From positions 59,458,001-59,522,000 of the forward strand of contig NC_042999.1 of NCBI RefSeq assembly GCF_006345805.1: a DNA stretch of 64,000 bases, read 5' to 3'. The stretch's first letter is position 1, and each line of letters starts with the position of its first letter. Of the stretch, positions 41,981-56,376 are shown piece by piece. The stretch is from Octopus sinensis. Lineage: Eukaryota. The position numbers were made by a program, and so were the translations under genes. The notes beneath the pieces are model-generated. The model searched no databases and was not told the DNA's origin. It saw nothing but the letters and a program-made list of their open reading frames with translations.

Positions 41981-42549
41981 GACACTTGCCCAAAGTGCCA
42001 CGCATTGGGACTGAACCCGGAACCATGTGGTTGGTAAGTAAGCTACTTACCACACAACCACTCCTGGAACAAATTCTATTGCTTTACTTCGTCTCACAAA
42101 GTTTAGGGATATATAAATAGTACCCCCGTCAAAAGAAGCTTTCATATTTGCTTCTATCAACTTATGTTTGATACTCGGTATCTGTTACCACTCTTAAATA
42201 GAAAAAATATCCTTTTTCATTACACCATAAACCGAAAAACGCGCACTCAAGCGTCAGTTGTGGGACTCCCACCATTCACTTCAAGCTAACAAACTACCAA
42301 ACTTGATATTGTTCCTCCATCAAAGACAGCTCCTCTGTTCTGTTCTTGGAGGACATCAATAAAGACCATAGTCACGCGGAGGACAAGGGATCCTCCACTG
42401 CTCCCATCTAGTTTACAAAAACTATGTGACTAAAACTATGGATGTAGTAGTATTTAATTATCGCAGATGTGCAGGTTATTGTTGATGTAAAGAGACCATC
42501 TGGCAACCCCCTGTGAAGTATTAATCGTGCGCTACGCAGTTGTACCTGA

Positions 42550-42705
42550 AGTGTGGCTGAGTGGTAAGTAGCTTGCTTACGAGCCACACGGTTTCGGATT
42601 CAGTCCCATTGCGTGGCACCATGAGCAAGTGTCTTCTACTGTAGCCTCGGGCCGACCAAAGCCTTGTGAGTGGATTTGGTAGATGGAAACTGAAAAAAGC
42701 CCGTC

Positions 42706-42784
<79 letters not shown>

Positions 42785-42980
42785 TATGTATATGTTTGTG
42801 TGTCTTGTACCCCCAACATCGATGCTGGTGATGTTTACGTCCCCGTTACTTAGCGATTCGGCAAGAGAGACCGATAGAATAAGTACAAGGCTTACAAAGA
42901 ATAAGTCCTGGGGTCGATTTGCTCGACTAAAGGCGGTGCTCCAGCATGGCCGCAGTCAAATGACTGAAACAAATAAAAGA
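42550..42980 (+). mobile_element. SINE family A, full copy
   Basis: Head, (AT)n and tail all present. Confidence 0.88.
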
Positions 42981-44050
42981 AAGAAAAAGAAAAATAAATT
43001 AAAGTAGGGACGATTTCCCCACTGTCAGTCTTATTCTTCTTCAGTAAGATTCCATTTTGTTCCTGTCACATCTCAAACTTCCTTGAAGATATGAGCAGGC
43101 GCGTTAGATGACGAAAGCATCTTCTTTGTTTCGTCATTCTCCACAAGATCCAAGTCGCCTTCATGATGGATGGGTCAACACCAGTTCCGAAGAGGTGATG
43201 TGGGGACAAACACAAACGCACGCACACACACACGCACACGCACACACACACACACACATACACACACGCGGGTGCACACATACGCACATACATGCGGATG
43301 CGCACACGAAGACACACACACACACACACATATACGACAGGCTTCTTTCAGTTTCCTTCTACCAAATTCTCTTGCAAAGACTTGACCGGCACGAAGTTAC
43401 GGTAGAAGACACTCGCCCAATGTGCCACGACTTGAACCCAGGACTATGTGGTTAGAAATCAAACCACGAAGACACGACACTAATGGTTGTATTCACTCTA
43501 AAATCAATGTTATCGTACGTAGCCAATCCTGGCATCCTACGCGTTGACGCACCTAATTTCTAATGAATCCTGTAAATAATTCATATCTAAATATATATAT
43601 ATATTTTCACGCACACACAAACACACACAAATATACACAAGTATATACGTGTCGATGTGTGCATATATATATGTATATATGTACATATTAGTCTGTGTTT
43701 CTGTGTGTGTACACGTATGAGTGCATTTTATTAAAAGCAAAGCATTTTCTCTGAATCTAATGGCGTCCAAGGCTCTTTTTCCCTTTGTGCCCCAGGACAA
43801 CGTAATATATTTTCCTATATACTTCATGACATCGAATTTCACAAGCTACTTAAACATTGCTAAACAAGATATTTTTTCCCCTTGAAATAGCAGTAATCTT
43901 CTTTAAATTTTTAGCATGTGTGCGTGAGTGTGTGCTCGTTTGTGTGCGAGTATGTAGGTATATATGTATATATATTTATTTATATATGAACGTGTATATG
44001 TGTGTATATATATATATGTATATGTATATATATATATATGTGTGTGTGTG

Positions 44051-44082
<32 letters not shown>

Positions 44083-44879
44083 ACATAGACACACATATAT
44101 ATACGAATATATATATATATATATTATATATATATAATATATACTTTAAATATTATATATACATATATACAAGCACATGCTTTTAGACATAAAAATACAT
44201 GAAAACACACACACATCCACATAGACACAAACACGGACATACACATACGAGCACACACACACACGCACACACACGAACACACGCACACACGCACACAAAT
44301 ATATATATAGTTTCGTAGCTGCAAAATGGAAATGATGTGCAATTATGCTAAGGGAAGTACTCAATAATCTGGTGGAGAGGTAGATTCTAACCAAGAAAAT
44401 CTAATGATAAATTCAAATTTAAAAAAATATATATATGTGTGTGTTTGTGTGTGTATGTGTGTGTGTGTGTGTTTGTGTTTGTTTGTGTGTGTGTGTGTGC
44501 TTGCATTATGTATACATACCTGTCTGTCCGTCTGTCTCTCTGCATGCATGTATGTATATGTGTGCGTATGTGGAAGCATTTCTTGCGTAATATTTCATTC
44601 GCAAAGGCCAAATAGCTGACATTCTCGTGGTTATTGATATTGAAAGCAAAATAAGGTTATTATATTTGAAAAATAACAAATAAGCACTGTCGATGCTTAT
44701 CTTCCCTTCTTCTTCTCCATCACGCCATTTGCATTTCTCATGCAGCATCTAGTGTATCAGATAATAAGAAAATCGAAGGGCATGAATAAGCATCTCTTGT
44801 TCAACTCTTGTTTTTCGCCATTTTGCTTTGATGCGAAATAACCTCGGAGAAGAGAATATTGTACGTTATATAACAGCTT

Positions 44880-44897
44880 TTATTATTATTATTATTA

Positions 44898-44934
<37 letters not shown>

Positions 44935-45006
44935 TCTTACCTCCTTGCACAAGTTACTTCTACAACAGCAGTAACAACAACAACAACTACAATTTCGACT
45001 ACTACG

Positions 45007-45040
<34 letters not shown>

Positions 45041-45389
45041 ACACCACCACCGCTAATACCAACATCAATGCCGGCACCACCCACACCGCTACTACCACCA
45101 CCACCACCACCACCACTGCTACTACTACTATTACTACTAATACTACTAACACCACTACCGCCAACACCAACATCACTGCTGCCACTACCACAACCGCCGC
45201 CGTCACCGCCGCCACCACCAGCACCATTGCAAAAACCACCACCATCACCACCACCACCACCACCACCACCACCACTATTACTACTACTACTATGAGTGTT
45301 ATTGTTTCGTTGCTGCCACTGTTGTAGTTGTTCTTTTCTTTTTTGGAATATGATTATTATTATTATTATCACTATTATTATTATTATTA

Positions 45390-45481
<92 letters not shown>

Positions 45482-45518
45482 ATCATCATTATTGTTGTTA
45501 TTATTATTATTATTATTA

Positions 45519-45572
<54 letters not shown>

Positions 45573-45610
45573 TACTACTATTATTATCATCATTATTATT
45601 ATTATCATTA
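44880..45610. repeat. Compound trinucleotide tract (ATT, ACT, ACC, CAA)
   Basis: Directly visible; source of the poly-I/L/Y/P/G/V ORFs. Confidence 0.95.
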
Positions 45611-46080
45611 TTCTGCCAGGAAAAATCTAGCCATCATTGCAAATAAAATTGCTAGTGGGCATAATTACATGAAACGGAATTATTCTAATGGCTTCCAGTT
45701 TAGAATGAACAAACAAAAAGCAATTTCCTTTGGGTACTTCCCATGAATCCTTTCGGCTGTACATTGAGAGTAAATGGCATGATAGAAAATTAAATTAACG
45801 CTTGGATGTCTTACTCGGAAATTTGTTGAAGAAAGTGTTTGTTGGAGACGGAGATATGCATCTTGTATACTAATGTAAAAATACTCACGCTGCTGTAGTT
45901 TGTACTGTGTTCCTATATGACATAATTGGGTGTATATAAAGGAGAGAATATATATTCGGGTGTATGAAGATATGTTCGTTGTGTAAGTTTATACACATGC
46001 ACAAATTTGTATACATACATATATATATATATGTATATACATACATATATATAATATATATATATATATATACATATAAT

Positions 46081-46141
<61 letters not shown>

Positions 46142-46163
46142 ATGTATATATACATTATATATA

Positions 46164-46201
<38 letters not shown>

Positions 46202-46221
46202 TATATATATATACATAATAT

Positions 46222-46252
<31 letters not shown>

Positions 46253-46949
46253 ACGGCATACACTCATATGTGTGTACGTTTCATTTTGTTTTTGTGTGTC
46301 ATCCATTTGTATATAATTTGAAAAACAACAATACTCGCCCTCTAAAAACCAACGTTAACGCTACACCAATATATTCAACCTTTCACAATGTGCGTGCATG
46401 TGCGTGCATGTGCGTGCGTGTGTGTGTGTGTGAGTGTGTGTGTGTGTGTGTGCATGTATGTGTGTGACATAGGAACAGTGTCTATGTGTCAAAAGCTGGG
46501 GATTAGTTAAGAATTCCATTAGAGCTTTGATCAAGGGAATGACCTGTGGCATAGTCCATAATTTCAAAACTGTGGTTTCTTTCACAGGAAGAACTTAGTA
46601 GAAAACAAGACTAAAAAATTCTTATTACGCTACAAATCCAGGGATACTAGCAGCAGCGTAAACAGCCTGAGACGATTTTAACTAGATGTTTTTCCTGCTT
46701 TTTATGTTTAATTGGATATTGAAACTACCTGACGTAATCTGATCGTTCTATACCTTCACTGATGAAGATTTACTTCATGCTACCCTGAGAACGTATCATA
46801 TATCGCAAGAATTCCTGCTTGCTATGAACTTGTATGTATAAACTTAGATAAACTTAGATATGTTTCGACCAAAGATTGGTCCAGCCCATGTCTAATTTAA
46901 TAGCACCACCTGATAGGATTATCTAAATCCTGTTTAAATTAAGTTTTGT

Positions 46950-47086
46950 TTATGGTCCATTCAAGTAGTGAGTTCTTGTTGGGTGAGTTGTATCCAGGTA
47001 TGGGTGGCTTATCCTGTATTCCTTGAAGAAATCTGTCCAGACTCCGTTTAAACTTGATGGGATCTCTTTGATCTCTTTCGGGACAC

Positions 47087-47090
<4 letters not shown>
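46950..47090 (-). pseudogene. 3' end fragment of a CR1-group LINE ORF
   Basis: NSVPKEIKE then, in a shifted frame, KFKRSLDRFLQGIQDKP...NSLLEW; parallels IFKKHLDKLLSGIPDEP...NSLLDQ at 56.5 kb. Confidence 0.6.
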
Positions 47091-47169
<79 letters not shown>

Positions 47170-47177
<8 letters not shown>

Positions 47178-47335
47178 CAAGACACCTGAAATTTCCCAAA
47201 GACACCTGGAGGAGGCTCGAGAGTATATCAGCCGAAACGTTGTGTTAACAACAAACAAGATGAGGACAAATATCCGTCGAATGTAAATAATGTAAATGAT
47301 GTACATAATTCCTCATCTCTTAAATATAGAACTGA
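47170..47335 (+). mobile_element. Penelope-like tail with a degenerate hammerhead (47201-47246)
   Basis: GACAC-CTGGAGG-A-GGCT...AGCC-GAAA-CG-TT-GTGTT. Confidence 0.5.
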
Positions 47336-48177
47336 AGTGTCGGTTTGTTTATTTGCGCGTAAGTTAGCGGTTCGGCATAATAGAGAGAGTAAATACCAGG
47401 GTTAAGAGATAATAGGTACTTAGAGCAATTTGTTCGACTAAACCCTTCGCAGCGCTACTCCAGCGTGGCCACAATCCAGTGACTGAAACAAATAAAGAAC
47501 AAAAGAATGACTGTAACTATACATAAGGTAATGGGTGCAGGCATAGATGTCCATACAACTAATTGATTTTAGGCCTCGTTAATGAGGAAACGGTTACTTC
47601 ATTGCAGCACAGCATTATTTCAATGCCTATGACCGTATAATAAGAGATTTGTAATTGTATTAATCAAATCCGAAATTTCTCTCAGAAATACCGGAAAACA
47701 ACCTTTATTGAATTTTAAATATTAACTACAAATTGAATTTATCATTCAAGTTGCAAAGAAATATTTTTGTTCAAAACGGAGAACAATGGGTGTGTACTCC
47801 AGTTAGCTATAAATACGAGTATACCCGTCGCTAACTGATTTATCTACTGTCACCAAGCCATTGAATGGCATGCCTCTAACCTTCTTTTGTTTCAGAGTCC
47901 GTTACTCATACCATTTACCAAATTAATGCCCTCTTCCTCTCTTCCTCTCCGCTGTAGATCCATTAGCAACAATATTTGCCTTACTCTTTACTTGTTTCAG
48001 TCATTTGATTGCTGCCATGTTGAAGCACCACCTTTAGTCGAAGCAAATCGACCCCAAGACTTATTCTTTAGAAGCCTAGTACTTATTTTCTCGGTCTCTT
48101 TTGCTGAACCGCTAACTTACGGGGACGTAAACACAGCAGCATCGGTTGTCACAGACACACAAACATATACACACATA

Positions 48178-48213
<36 letters not shown>

Positions 48214-48482
48214 GATAAATATCAAAGTGAGTTATATACAGTATCGGTAACACATCGTGACGTATTTTTGCCATTTCAATATGGCTAACCCCTAAGGGTG
48301 GATGCTACTGTAGTTTTTAGCCCCAGGAGGACACACTCCTCCAGCTGGCCATAGACACACTATCTGTGTCCTGTCAGTATTTGCAAAGGGATTTCACTTT
48401 TTCAATATCAGCGACAGTGGACGCTGGAAAAAGTATAAGTATTTGTGAAGGAAATCTAATTCTCGGCGACAACTATGATTGT

Positions 48483-48527
48483 CACACGCTGACGAGAGGT
48501 CAATACCTCGAAACTCGAGTCCGTGTG
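48483..48527 (+). ncRNA. Type I hammerhead ribozyme, copy 1
   Basis: CACACG-CTGACGA-GAGGT CAAT ACCTC-GAAA-CTCGAG-TC-CGTGTG: all core nucleotides present, GUC cleavage triplet ending at 48521. Confidence 0.9.
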
Positions 48528-48836
48528 TATCATAAGTTGAAGTCGGGAAGGATGACTTCCCTTTGCAAATACTGACAGGACACAGATAGTGTGTCTATGG
48601 CCAGCTGGAGGAGTGTGTCCTCCTGGGGCTAAAATCTACAGTAGCATCCACCCTTAGGGGTTAGCCATATTGAAATGGCAAAAATACGTCACGATGTGTT
48701 ACCGCTACTGTATATAACTCACTTTGATATTTATCATTGTTTGATTTCACTTTTTCAATATCAGCGACAGTGGACGCTGGAAAAAAGTATAAGTACTTGT
48801 GAAGGAAATCTAATTCTCGGCGACAACTATGATTGT

Positions 48837-48881
48837 CACACGCTGACGAGAGGTCAATACCTCGAAACTCGAGTCCGTGTG
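48837..48881 (+). ncRNA. Type I hammerhead ribozyme, copy 2
   Basis: Identical 45-nt motif; predicted cleavage after 48875. Confidence 0.9.
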
Positions 48882-49059
48882 TATCATAAGTTGAAGACGG
48901 GAAGGATGACTTCCCTTTGCAAATACTGACAGGACACAGATAGTGTGTCTATGGCCAGCTGGAGGAGTGTGTCCTCCTGGGGCTAAAAACTACAGTAGCA
49001 TCCACCCTTACGGGTTAGCCATGTTGAAATGGCAAAAATACGTCACGATATATATATAT

Positions 49060-49122
<63 letters not shown>

Positions 49123-49463
49123 GACGGGCTTCTTTCAGTTTCCCTCTACCAAATCCACTCACAACGCTTTGGTCGGCCCGAGGCTATAGTAGAAAACACT
49201 TGCCCAAAGTTCCACGCAGTAGGACTGTACTCGGAACCATGTGGTTGGTAAGCAAGCTACTTACCACACAGCCATTATGCCCAAAGCAAAATAATTGGGG
49301 TTTTTTAGGGTTGTTGCTGCTGTCATTGTAAATGAAAATTCTAGTGGCGGGGCTTCCTGAAATATTCTATAATTTGTGGATATAAAATAGGCAAGAACCT
49401 GGCTTCGTTAGAATTTGTAAAGTAAGAAACCTTGATTATAGTTGTATTCAAAGTTATGTAATA

Positions 49464-49647
49464 GGCGCATGAGTGGCTGTGTGGTAAGTATCTTGCTTAC
49501 CAGCCACATGGTTCTGGGTTCAGTCCCACTGTGTGGAACCTTGGGCAAGTGTCTTCTACTGAAGCCTCGGGCCGACCAAAGCATTGTGGGTGGATTTGGT
49601 AGACGGAAACTGAAAGAAGCCTGTCGTATATATGCATATATATATAT

Positions 49648-49696
<49 letters not shown>

Positions 49697-49938
49697 GTAT
49701 ATACATATATGTATATGTGTGTGTTTGTGTGTCTGTTTTTGTCCACCCCTCCAACATCGCTTGACAACCGATGCTGGTGTGTTTATGTGCCCGTAGCTTA
49801 GCGGTTCGGCAAAAGTGACCGATAGAATAAGCACTAGGCTTACAAAGAATAAGTCCTGGGGTCGATTTGCTCGACTAAAGGCGGTGCTCCAGCATGGCCG
49901 CAGTCAAATGACTGAAACAAGTAAATGAGTAAAGAGAA
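49464..49938 (+). mobile_element. SINE family A, full copy
   Basis: Complete head, microsatellite and tail. Confidence 0.9.
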
Positions 49939-51914
49939 TATTATGGTTAAGGAGACAGTGTTTTTCTAAGGTAAGCTAAGACATTCCTACTGAATCAGTA
50001 CGATTATGTTGTGTGGAAATGTTAACTGTGCACTGTTTCTCTTTCAGTTGCGTGAATTTTGTTCTTCGTGCATGTTCTCAATATAAGATGCTTTTAATTT
50101 TAATTTACAGTAGCGTTAGAGAAGGGCTTCGTTTTAGTGGAGTGCACCGTCTGCGTAGATTTCTTTATTTGCTGAGAGCTAAAAGAATCTAGAGAGGATG
50201 GCGTATTCATGCAAGCCCGTCGTCGGCTGCAGGAGTGTCAGCGACTCAGGAGTGATGAGGAACCTTCTCGGCAGTTGATGAAGGCATGCACTGTGATATG
50301 GGTTTCCTTATGATCGAGAAATGCAACCTTCAACTCATCGATAAGTTCAGGACGAATCGCTTCAGTATTTTATGGAAAAACGACCTAGAGATCTCCGGAG
50401 TGCATAGGCTTACGAAGGGAAACTTCTTGAATGTGACACGAGATCTTTCTAATTCTTATCGCCTTGCCTGAAACTCAACGAATATTTGCACTACATATAT
50501 ATCCATACATAAATATTACAGAATTCTCAGATAAATTAAATTTTATTTGGAGTCGTATAAGCGTGATATGATTGTGGTTACATTTTTTAAGATATAAATA
50601 TTTCTGGGTTTTTTTTATTGTTAAGCCGGTGGGCCTGCATTGAGGAACGTGTAGGTAATTTCATCTTCTCTACAAATTTTTCTATTTTGTTTCGTAATAT
50701 TTCTATTTAATTGGATATCAAGGTTTATCTACTTTAACAAAAGTATAAACTGGATATAAAACATGATCCCATAACGCTGTATATAATACTGTTGAATGTT
50801 CATCTCCAGCTCAACTGTTATACGACTTCACGGCTAAGGAAACAGCACTCAATCCCTGCTGGCAACTGCCAACAGATATCAATATATAATATTATGTGTT
50901 TGAGTGGTTGTGCAATGAAATATCTGCAAGGGATTCTTCACCAACTGGGAATATTATTTTTATTGCCATCACATATGTAGAGCTATCTCATTATTTCTCA
51001 TCCCTGTTTTCTTCATCTCTAAATTTAACAACCCTACCATTTTGAGTCAGTAAGAGAACTTCCATGAAGTCATTTTATTCTCTGCAATAGGCGGCTAAAT
51101 ATTCTATTGCCATCTTAAAAACAGGTTGATAATGCGCTACCTGATTAATTATGATTTAGAAAGATGGCAGGTTTACAGTTTGAATAAGTTGATCATAAAC
51201 TAATTGTTAAGTACAAGCCCAGTAATTGTTAATGGAGGAAGTTAGTCGATTACATCGACATCCACTCTGACAATGGTACTTTATTTTATCACCCTCGAAA
51301 AAAATAAAAAGTAAAACTGAACTCGGATGAATTTGAAACTGGAATGTAAAACTGGAAGAAGTACGACGTGGCATTTTCTCTGAAGCCCCAATGTTTGAGC
51401 CAGCATTTTACCTTTGGCTGGCAGTTAAATAACACCAACAAGCAATGCAATTATATTTTCCACCTGCCTTTATATTGAACTAAACATTTTCATCATTGAA
51501 ATCTATTTCTAAGTTTGGAAAAAGTGTAACCTATCCCCTTTCTAGAAGGAAAGTTTTATATGTCTTCGAACTATCGCCATATTATACATATTTAAATAAC
51601 TTTTTTTTGCGATTATTCAAAGAATGCATATGTTTAATAACTCTTAATGAGCCGATATGCCAACAGGAGAGACTTCATATTGACGTGATACATTATTCAT
51701 TTTAATAAAGTTCGTCATGACCCATCTCAGTAAATATGTACAAAGAATAAAAAAGAAACGGTAAATAATCCAAACAGGCAACAAATCTATGCAGCAGATC
51801 TAGCTCCCATTCATAAAATACATGAAATAATTCTAACGTTTCGAATTCACGAAACAAAGGATCCTCTGAAGACATATAGAATTTTATAAACTGTTTTCCA
51901 TAAGTATTTCGACA

Positions 51915-52365
51915 TACAGTCGCTTGCTTCCCGATCATTTGATCTTGGGTTCAGTCCCAATATACGTGACACCTTGGGAACTTATATTCTACCATAGCTC
52001 CGTGATGACCGAAGCCTTGTGAGTAGGTTTTAATAGATGGAACGTGAAAGAAAAAAGCCTGTCGTATTTATATGTATGTGTGTGTGTGTAGGGAGAAATA
52101 AAGAAAGCTAGACAGATAGACAGCTATGTATGAATGCATATAACTGTGCGTGTAACTTTGTGTTGGCCTTATGTTTCTCCCCAACCATCGCTGGACAAGA
52201 CGAGTTGGTTTGTTTATGACGCCGTAATCTAGAGGTTCGTCAAAAAGTCAGAAGGAATAAGTACCAGATTTACAAAATAATTACCGTGATCGATGTGTGC
52301 CACTAAAATTCTCCAAGGTGGTACTCAGTATGGCCGCTGTCCAGAGACTGAAACAAGTAAAAGAA
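51915..52365 (+). mobile_element. SINE family A, old diverged copy
   Basis: GGGTTCAGTCCC...CACCTTGGG and ...GACTGAAACAAGTAAAAG are recognisable. Confidence 0.7.
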
Positions 52366-53665
52366 GAAAAAAGGGGCAAAGGATATCTACTGGATCAATT
52401 TAGTGTGATAAATCACGTCAAAAAAGTGCTAGTGTTCAATAAAGGTTTGGCCTGGGTCAAACACAGCCAGAAGGTTCCTTCAACGTGGAGATGGGGGCAT
52501 TCGATAGCGTAATAATCCGCAACCTTACTAGGCCACTCTATACCATACTCTATAAGTATGAAATTCCTGCTAACCCACTTTGGCGTATACAGAGACGAAA
52601 TTTAGCCATCTCTAGTGCTGAGAGTGGGCACACCCTGGAGAGGCTTAGGAAAGATGTGACTCACACTCTTAATTCTCTAGTGCTCAAGGCAGCTATAGAG
52701 ACCAGCCTAACTTAGTTATTTAGACGTGGCGTTCCATTTAGGTATACGTTTAGACTGGCTCTAATGCAAACCAAACGAAAGGCATTCAAACATCAACACA
52801 ACTTTCAGACAAATGCCTTGAGTGTTTAAAAGCATTGTAAATGTTGTTAGTTTGGATATTTCGAACTTAGCTGCCAATAAAGATATCTTTGACGCAGTGT
52901 CTCTCTGCTACAACGAGGCTCTGACAGCCAGAAGTTTTAGATATGTCATCCCTTAATATGCTCAGCTGTAACCTGCACAAGAGAAATCGCCTCCGAAATG
53001 TCATCTGGTTTGCCACTGCCTCTGTCAGACAACGTGAAAACCTGCATAGGAAAGGGCAGTCCTTAGATTAGTGAATAAGCATTTTAATAGGATCATGGGT
53101 GTAGGAAAATATTCAATTGGAATAACTTAGGGTTCTTTTTCAGTTGTGTGCTTAGTGTTAAAAACCTATTAGTCGGTAGCCAAAAATCTCCTGGCAGGGG
53201 CAGAATGTTTAAATGGGTCTACGATGTAGAAGTAGTGTGGTACACCAACAAATTAAGCAACACATACACATCGTGTTTGCTGAGGAGACTTTAAGTCCAA
53301 ATTTGAAAATCACAGATCATCTTTTAGAGTTAAAAACCGCAATAGTATGTATATACGTTAGCCAGGTATACATGGTGGTTAAAAAAAATAAGTAACGTCG
53401 TGCAACTAGAACTGTCAGTTGCTGTAAAAGACCAGATCGTATGTGAATGGAAGTAGGCAAAGTGTCTCTGTCCAGCGGAAAGATGAATCATTGCAAAACA
53501 AAGTCCACACGATCTGGGTGCCTTCCTAAACACAAAAATCAAAATGTTTGGATGCTACCATCGTGTGCACAAATTCAGTTTGGTAACATGGTTACATGCA
53601 TTTTCGGACCAGTGAATGACTTACGCACATACATACAGCTTACACATATGATTCTGTGTGTGTGT

Positions 53666-53704
<39 letters not shown>

Positions 53705-54789
53705 ATGATTATATAAATGTTTCATGCCTCCATCCAAGACATTGCTTATGTCAATTATGGCTCAACAATAATATCTGTAGATTACAAGAGTTCAGAAAAT
53801 GGTTTTATAATGTAAAATTCCAGTTGCATGTTCGTATAGTATATAATGTTTAAGGTAGGAAGTAACTCATCTTTACTGCACAATTAATTTCCATTGTTTA
53901 CACATTTACATTTGCAAATTTTCAAAGTTTAAATAATTTTGAAATATTAGTATGAATATATGTATATGAGTCTATTTTCATAATACACCTGAGTGGGGGG
54001 CATTCACTTTAATCTCACAATCTGGCGTTTGTCCAAATACCCGGAAGCAATTTTCTTGAACATCTACATTATTTGATAATCTCGGATTTGACCATATTCG
54101 ACTAGTCTCTTTTGTGCCCTGTATGTGTGTCTGTGGTATTCCTTAGGGTCAATTTTTCCTTATTAAACAAGTTGCATTCTACTTGACAGATAAACATAAA
54201 ATATTTATTAAACTGGCTGTACAATTCACATGCATTGCCATAGGACCCAGACACTAGCACATGAATTACAGAAATCTAATGAGAAACATCGGTAGAAAAA
54301 TTTCCAATCTACCACCTAATAAAGACACCTTCGGTATACCTACACCTCATTAGAATGACGCCCTAGACGTATTGGTCATAAAGATAAAATTAGGTATTCC
54401 CTCAATCAGACATTCAAAATCAACACGCGTTAGAATATCATCTTGTTTAAATCTCATTTTTCATTTGATATTTCAGTCAGCATCACAAAAAGTTCGTAGG
54501 CTAAATCCAAAAACATTTCCCTATCAACCAGAGGTACAGTAAGTTATTTCTTAGCAGCAACATAACAGCCACATATGAAACTTAATTCCATTTCAATCAA
54601 ACCAACAGAGGTAGATTGCTTAGGTAGAAACACTCGCGCCCACACGTCTTAATTAGTTATATAACGGTGAAACAATTTTTTCCATGAAGGATATAGCCTC
54701 AACGAAACCTCAGCACCGAGTGTAGGAAAATACATTTTATATAGCAGAAAATAAATTCATACAATGATGTTGCATCACACGGCAAAATT

Positions 54790-55198
54790 CTTATTTGTTT
54801 ATTGCCCACAAGGGGCTAAATATAGAGGGGACAAGCAAAGGTATTATGTCGATTAGATCGACACCAGTGCGTAACTGGCACTTAATTAATCGATCCCGAA
54901 AGGATGAAAGGCAAAGTCGGCCTCGGCGGAATTTGAACTCAGAACGTACCGGCAGACGAAATGCCTATTTCTTTACTACCCACAAGGGTCTAAACACAGA
55001 GAGGACAAACAAGGACAGACAAACGGATTAAGTCGATTATATCGACCCCAGTGCGTAACTGGTATTTATTTAATCGACCCCGAAAGGATGAAAAGCAAAG
55101 TCGACCTTGGCGGAATTTGAACTCACAACGTAGCGGCAGACGAAAATACTGCTGAGAATTTCGCCCGGCGTGTTAACGTTTCTGCCAGCTCACCGCCT
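54790..55198 (-). mobile_element. SINE family B, dimeric copy
   Basis: Same two-unit layout and junction as 14929-15326. Confidence 0.85.
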
Positions 55199-55684
55199 TC
55201 TAATCAGACAGAATATTGGTTTAAAACCCTAGCATAAAGCCAGTAATTTAGATGGATGGAGTAAGTTGATTGCATTGACGCATGTGCTCAACTGATACTT
55301 ATTTTATCGTTCCCGATAGGATGAAAGGTAAAGTCAATATTGGCAGAATTTGAACTCAAATCGTAAGGAAGGACGAAATGCTAAGCATTTCACCAGGCGC
55401 GCTAACAATCCTGCTAGATTGCTATCTTCTTGTTCCTTATAATATTAGCGCATGTACGCCTCACGAAAATATTGTCTTAGCTGTTTCATTGCGTTTTGTA
55501 AAGTTAAACTTACATTGTCATATGCCATCTGTCTAAAACCTGGACTCATCAAACTTCAAGTCAGTAGTCGTAGTATGGTGGCATGCGCTGTAACAGCGTG
55601 TCACCCCATCCACCATTTCTTGGTGATTCCCTTCTACGCTTGGTGGAGGACACCATTGCACTACATAGGCGACAACCTCTAGCC

Positions 55685-55991
55685 CAGTGGTTCCGAAACT
55701 TTTAGGGCTGATGCCCCCTTTACACCCAGGCCACATTCTTAATGCCCCACCCCAACTAACCAACACAAACATAGACTCCCTTCTGAAGCCAATTGAAAGC
55801 AACTGTATTTCACAAATAAAACTAAAACTAATGACCCCGAAATTTTGTTATTTTTACATGAATCGCTACTCCATTATAGCCCCACTTTTTACATAACCAC
55901 TACCCCATTATTGCTCCACTTTTTCTTCAACACCCCCTTGGAACATTCCACCGTCTCAAGGGAGCAATACCGCCCACTTTGGGTACCACTG
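55685..55991. mobile_element. hAT (Charlie-type) MITE
   Basis: TIRs CAGTGGTTCCGAAA / TTTGGGTACCACTG; 8-bp TSD CTCTAGCC / CTCTAACC. Confidence 0.8.
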
Positions 55992-56235
55992 CTCTAACCC
56001 ATGATTCTAATAGGTTTTCGTTGCTGGTGGGGCTTTAACGCGGTCGGGATGTAAATCATATCTCAACTTCTTTAGTCGTCATTTTACGAAGCGCAGAGTA
56101 CTGGTTGGGTCTATTCTTATATGCCTGATCTATGGAACTCATAGTGTTTGTGATAAAGAGTTTTCTCAAATCTATATTCATGTATATTTATCAAGTCTTT
56201 ATTTATTGAGAATAACTATGGCGCGAATTTAGATG

Positions 56236-56283
<48 letters not shown>

Positions 56284-56321
56284 TATATATATATGTATGT
56301 ATTTATACATATATATGTATT

Positions 56322-56374
<53 letters not shown>

Positions 56375-56376
<2 letters not shown>

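Larger units (their letters stand above)
48211..49049 (+). mobile_element. Non-coding hammerhead retroelement: 181-bp inverted arm plus ~1.9 tandem 353/354-bp units
   Basis: 48211-48391 is the near-perfect reverse complement of 48558-48738; direct units at 48390-48742 and 48743-49049; (AT)n on both sides. Confidence 0.9.
47981..49273 (-). mobile_element. SINE family A split by the hammerhead element (tail 47981-48180, head 49121-49273)
   Basis: Both halves are on the minus strand and collinear; the insert sits in the SINE's internal (AT)n. Confidence 0.85.

Noticed and set aside
44866-45746. Gly/Ser/Pro/Val-rich ORFs resembling structural proteins
   Set aside because: Open on both strands because of the compound trinucleotide tract.
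48552-48640. ATGA-n11-AAA (SECIS-like) and GGCTAA (HDV-ribozyme-like) within the hammerhead unit
   Set aside because: No complementary 3' arm with a GA quartet for SECIS; no P1/P2 nested pseudoknot pairing for HDV.
53213-53395. SPNLKITDHLLELK resembling a Tc1 SPDLNPIEHLW motif
   Set aside because: Single weak motif without supporting upstream motif or TIRs.
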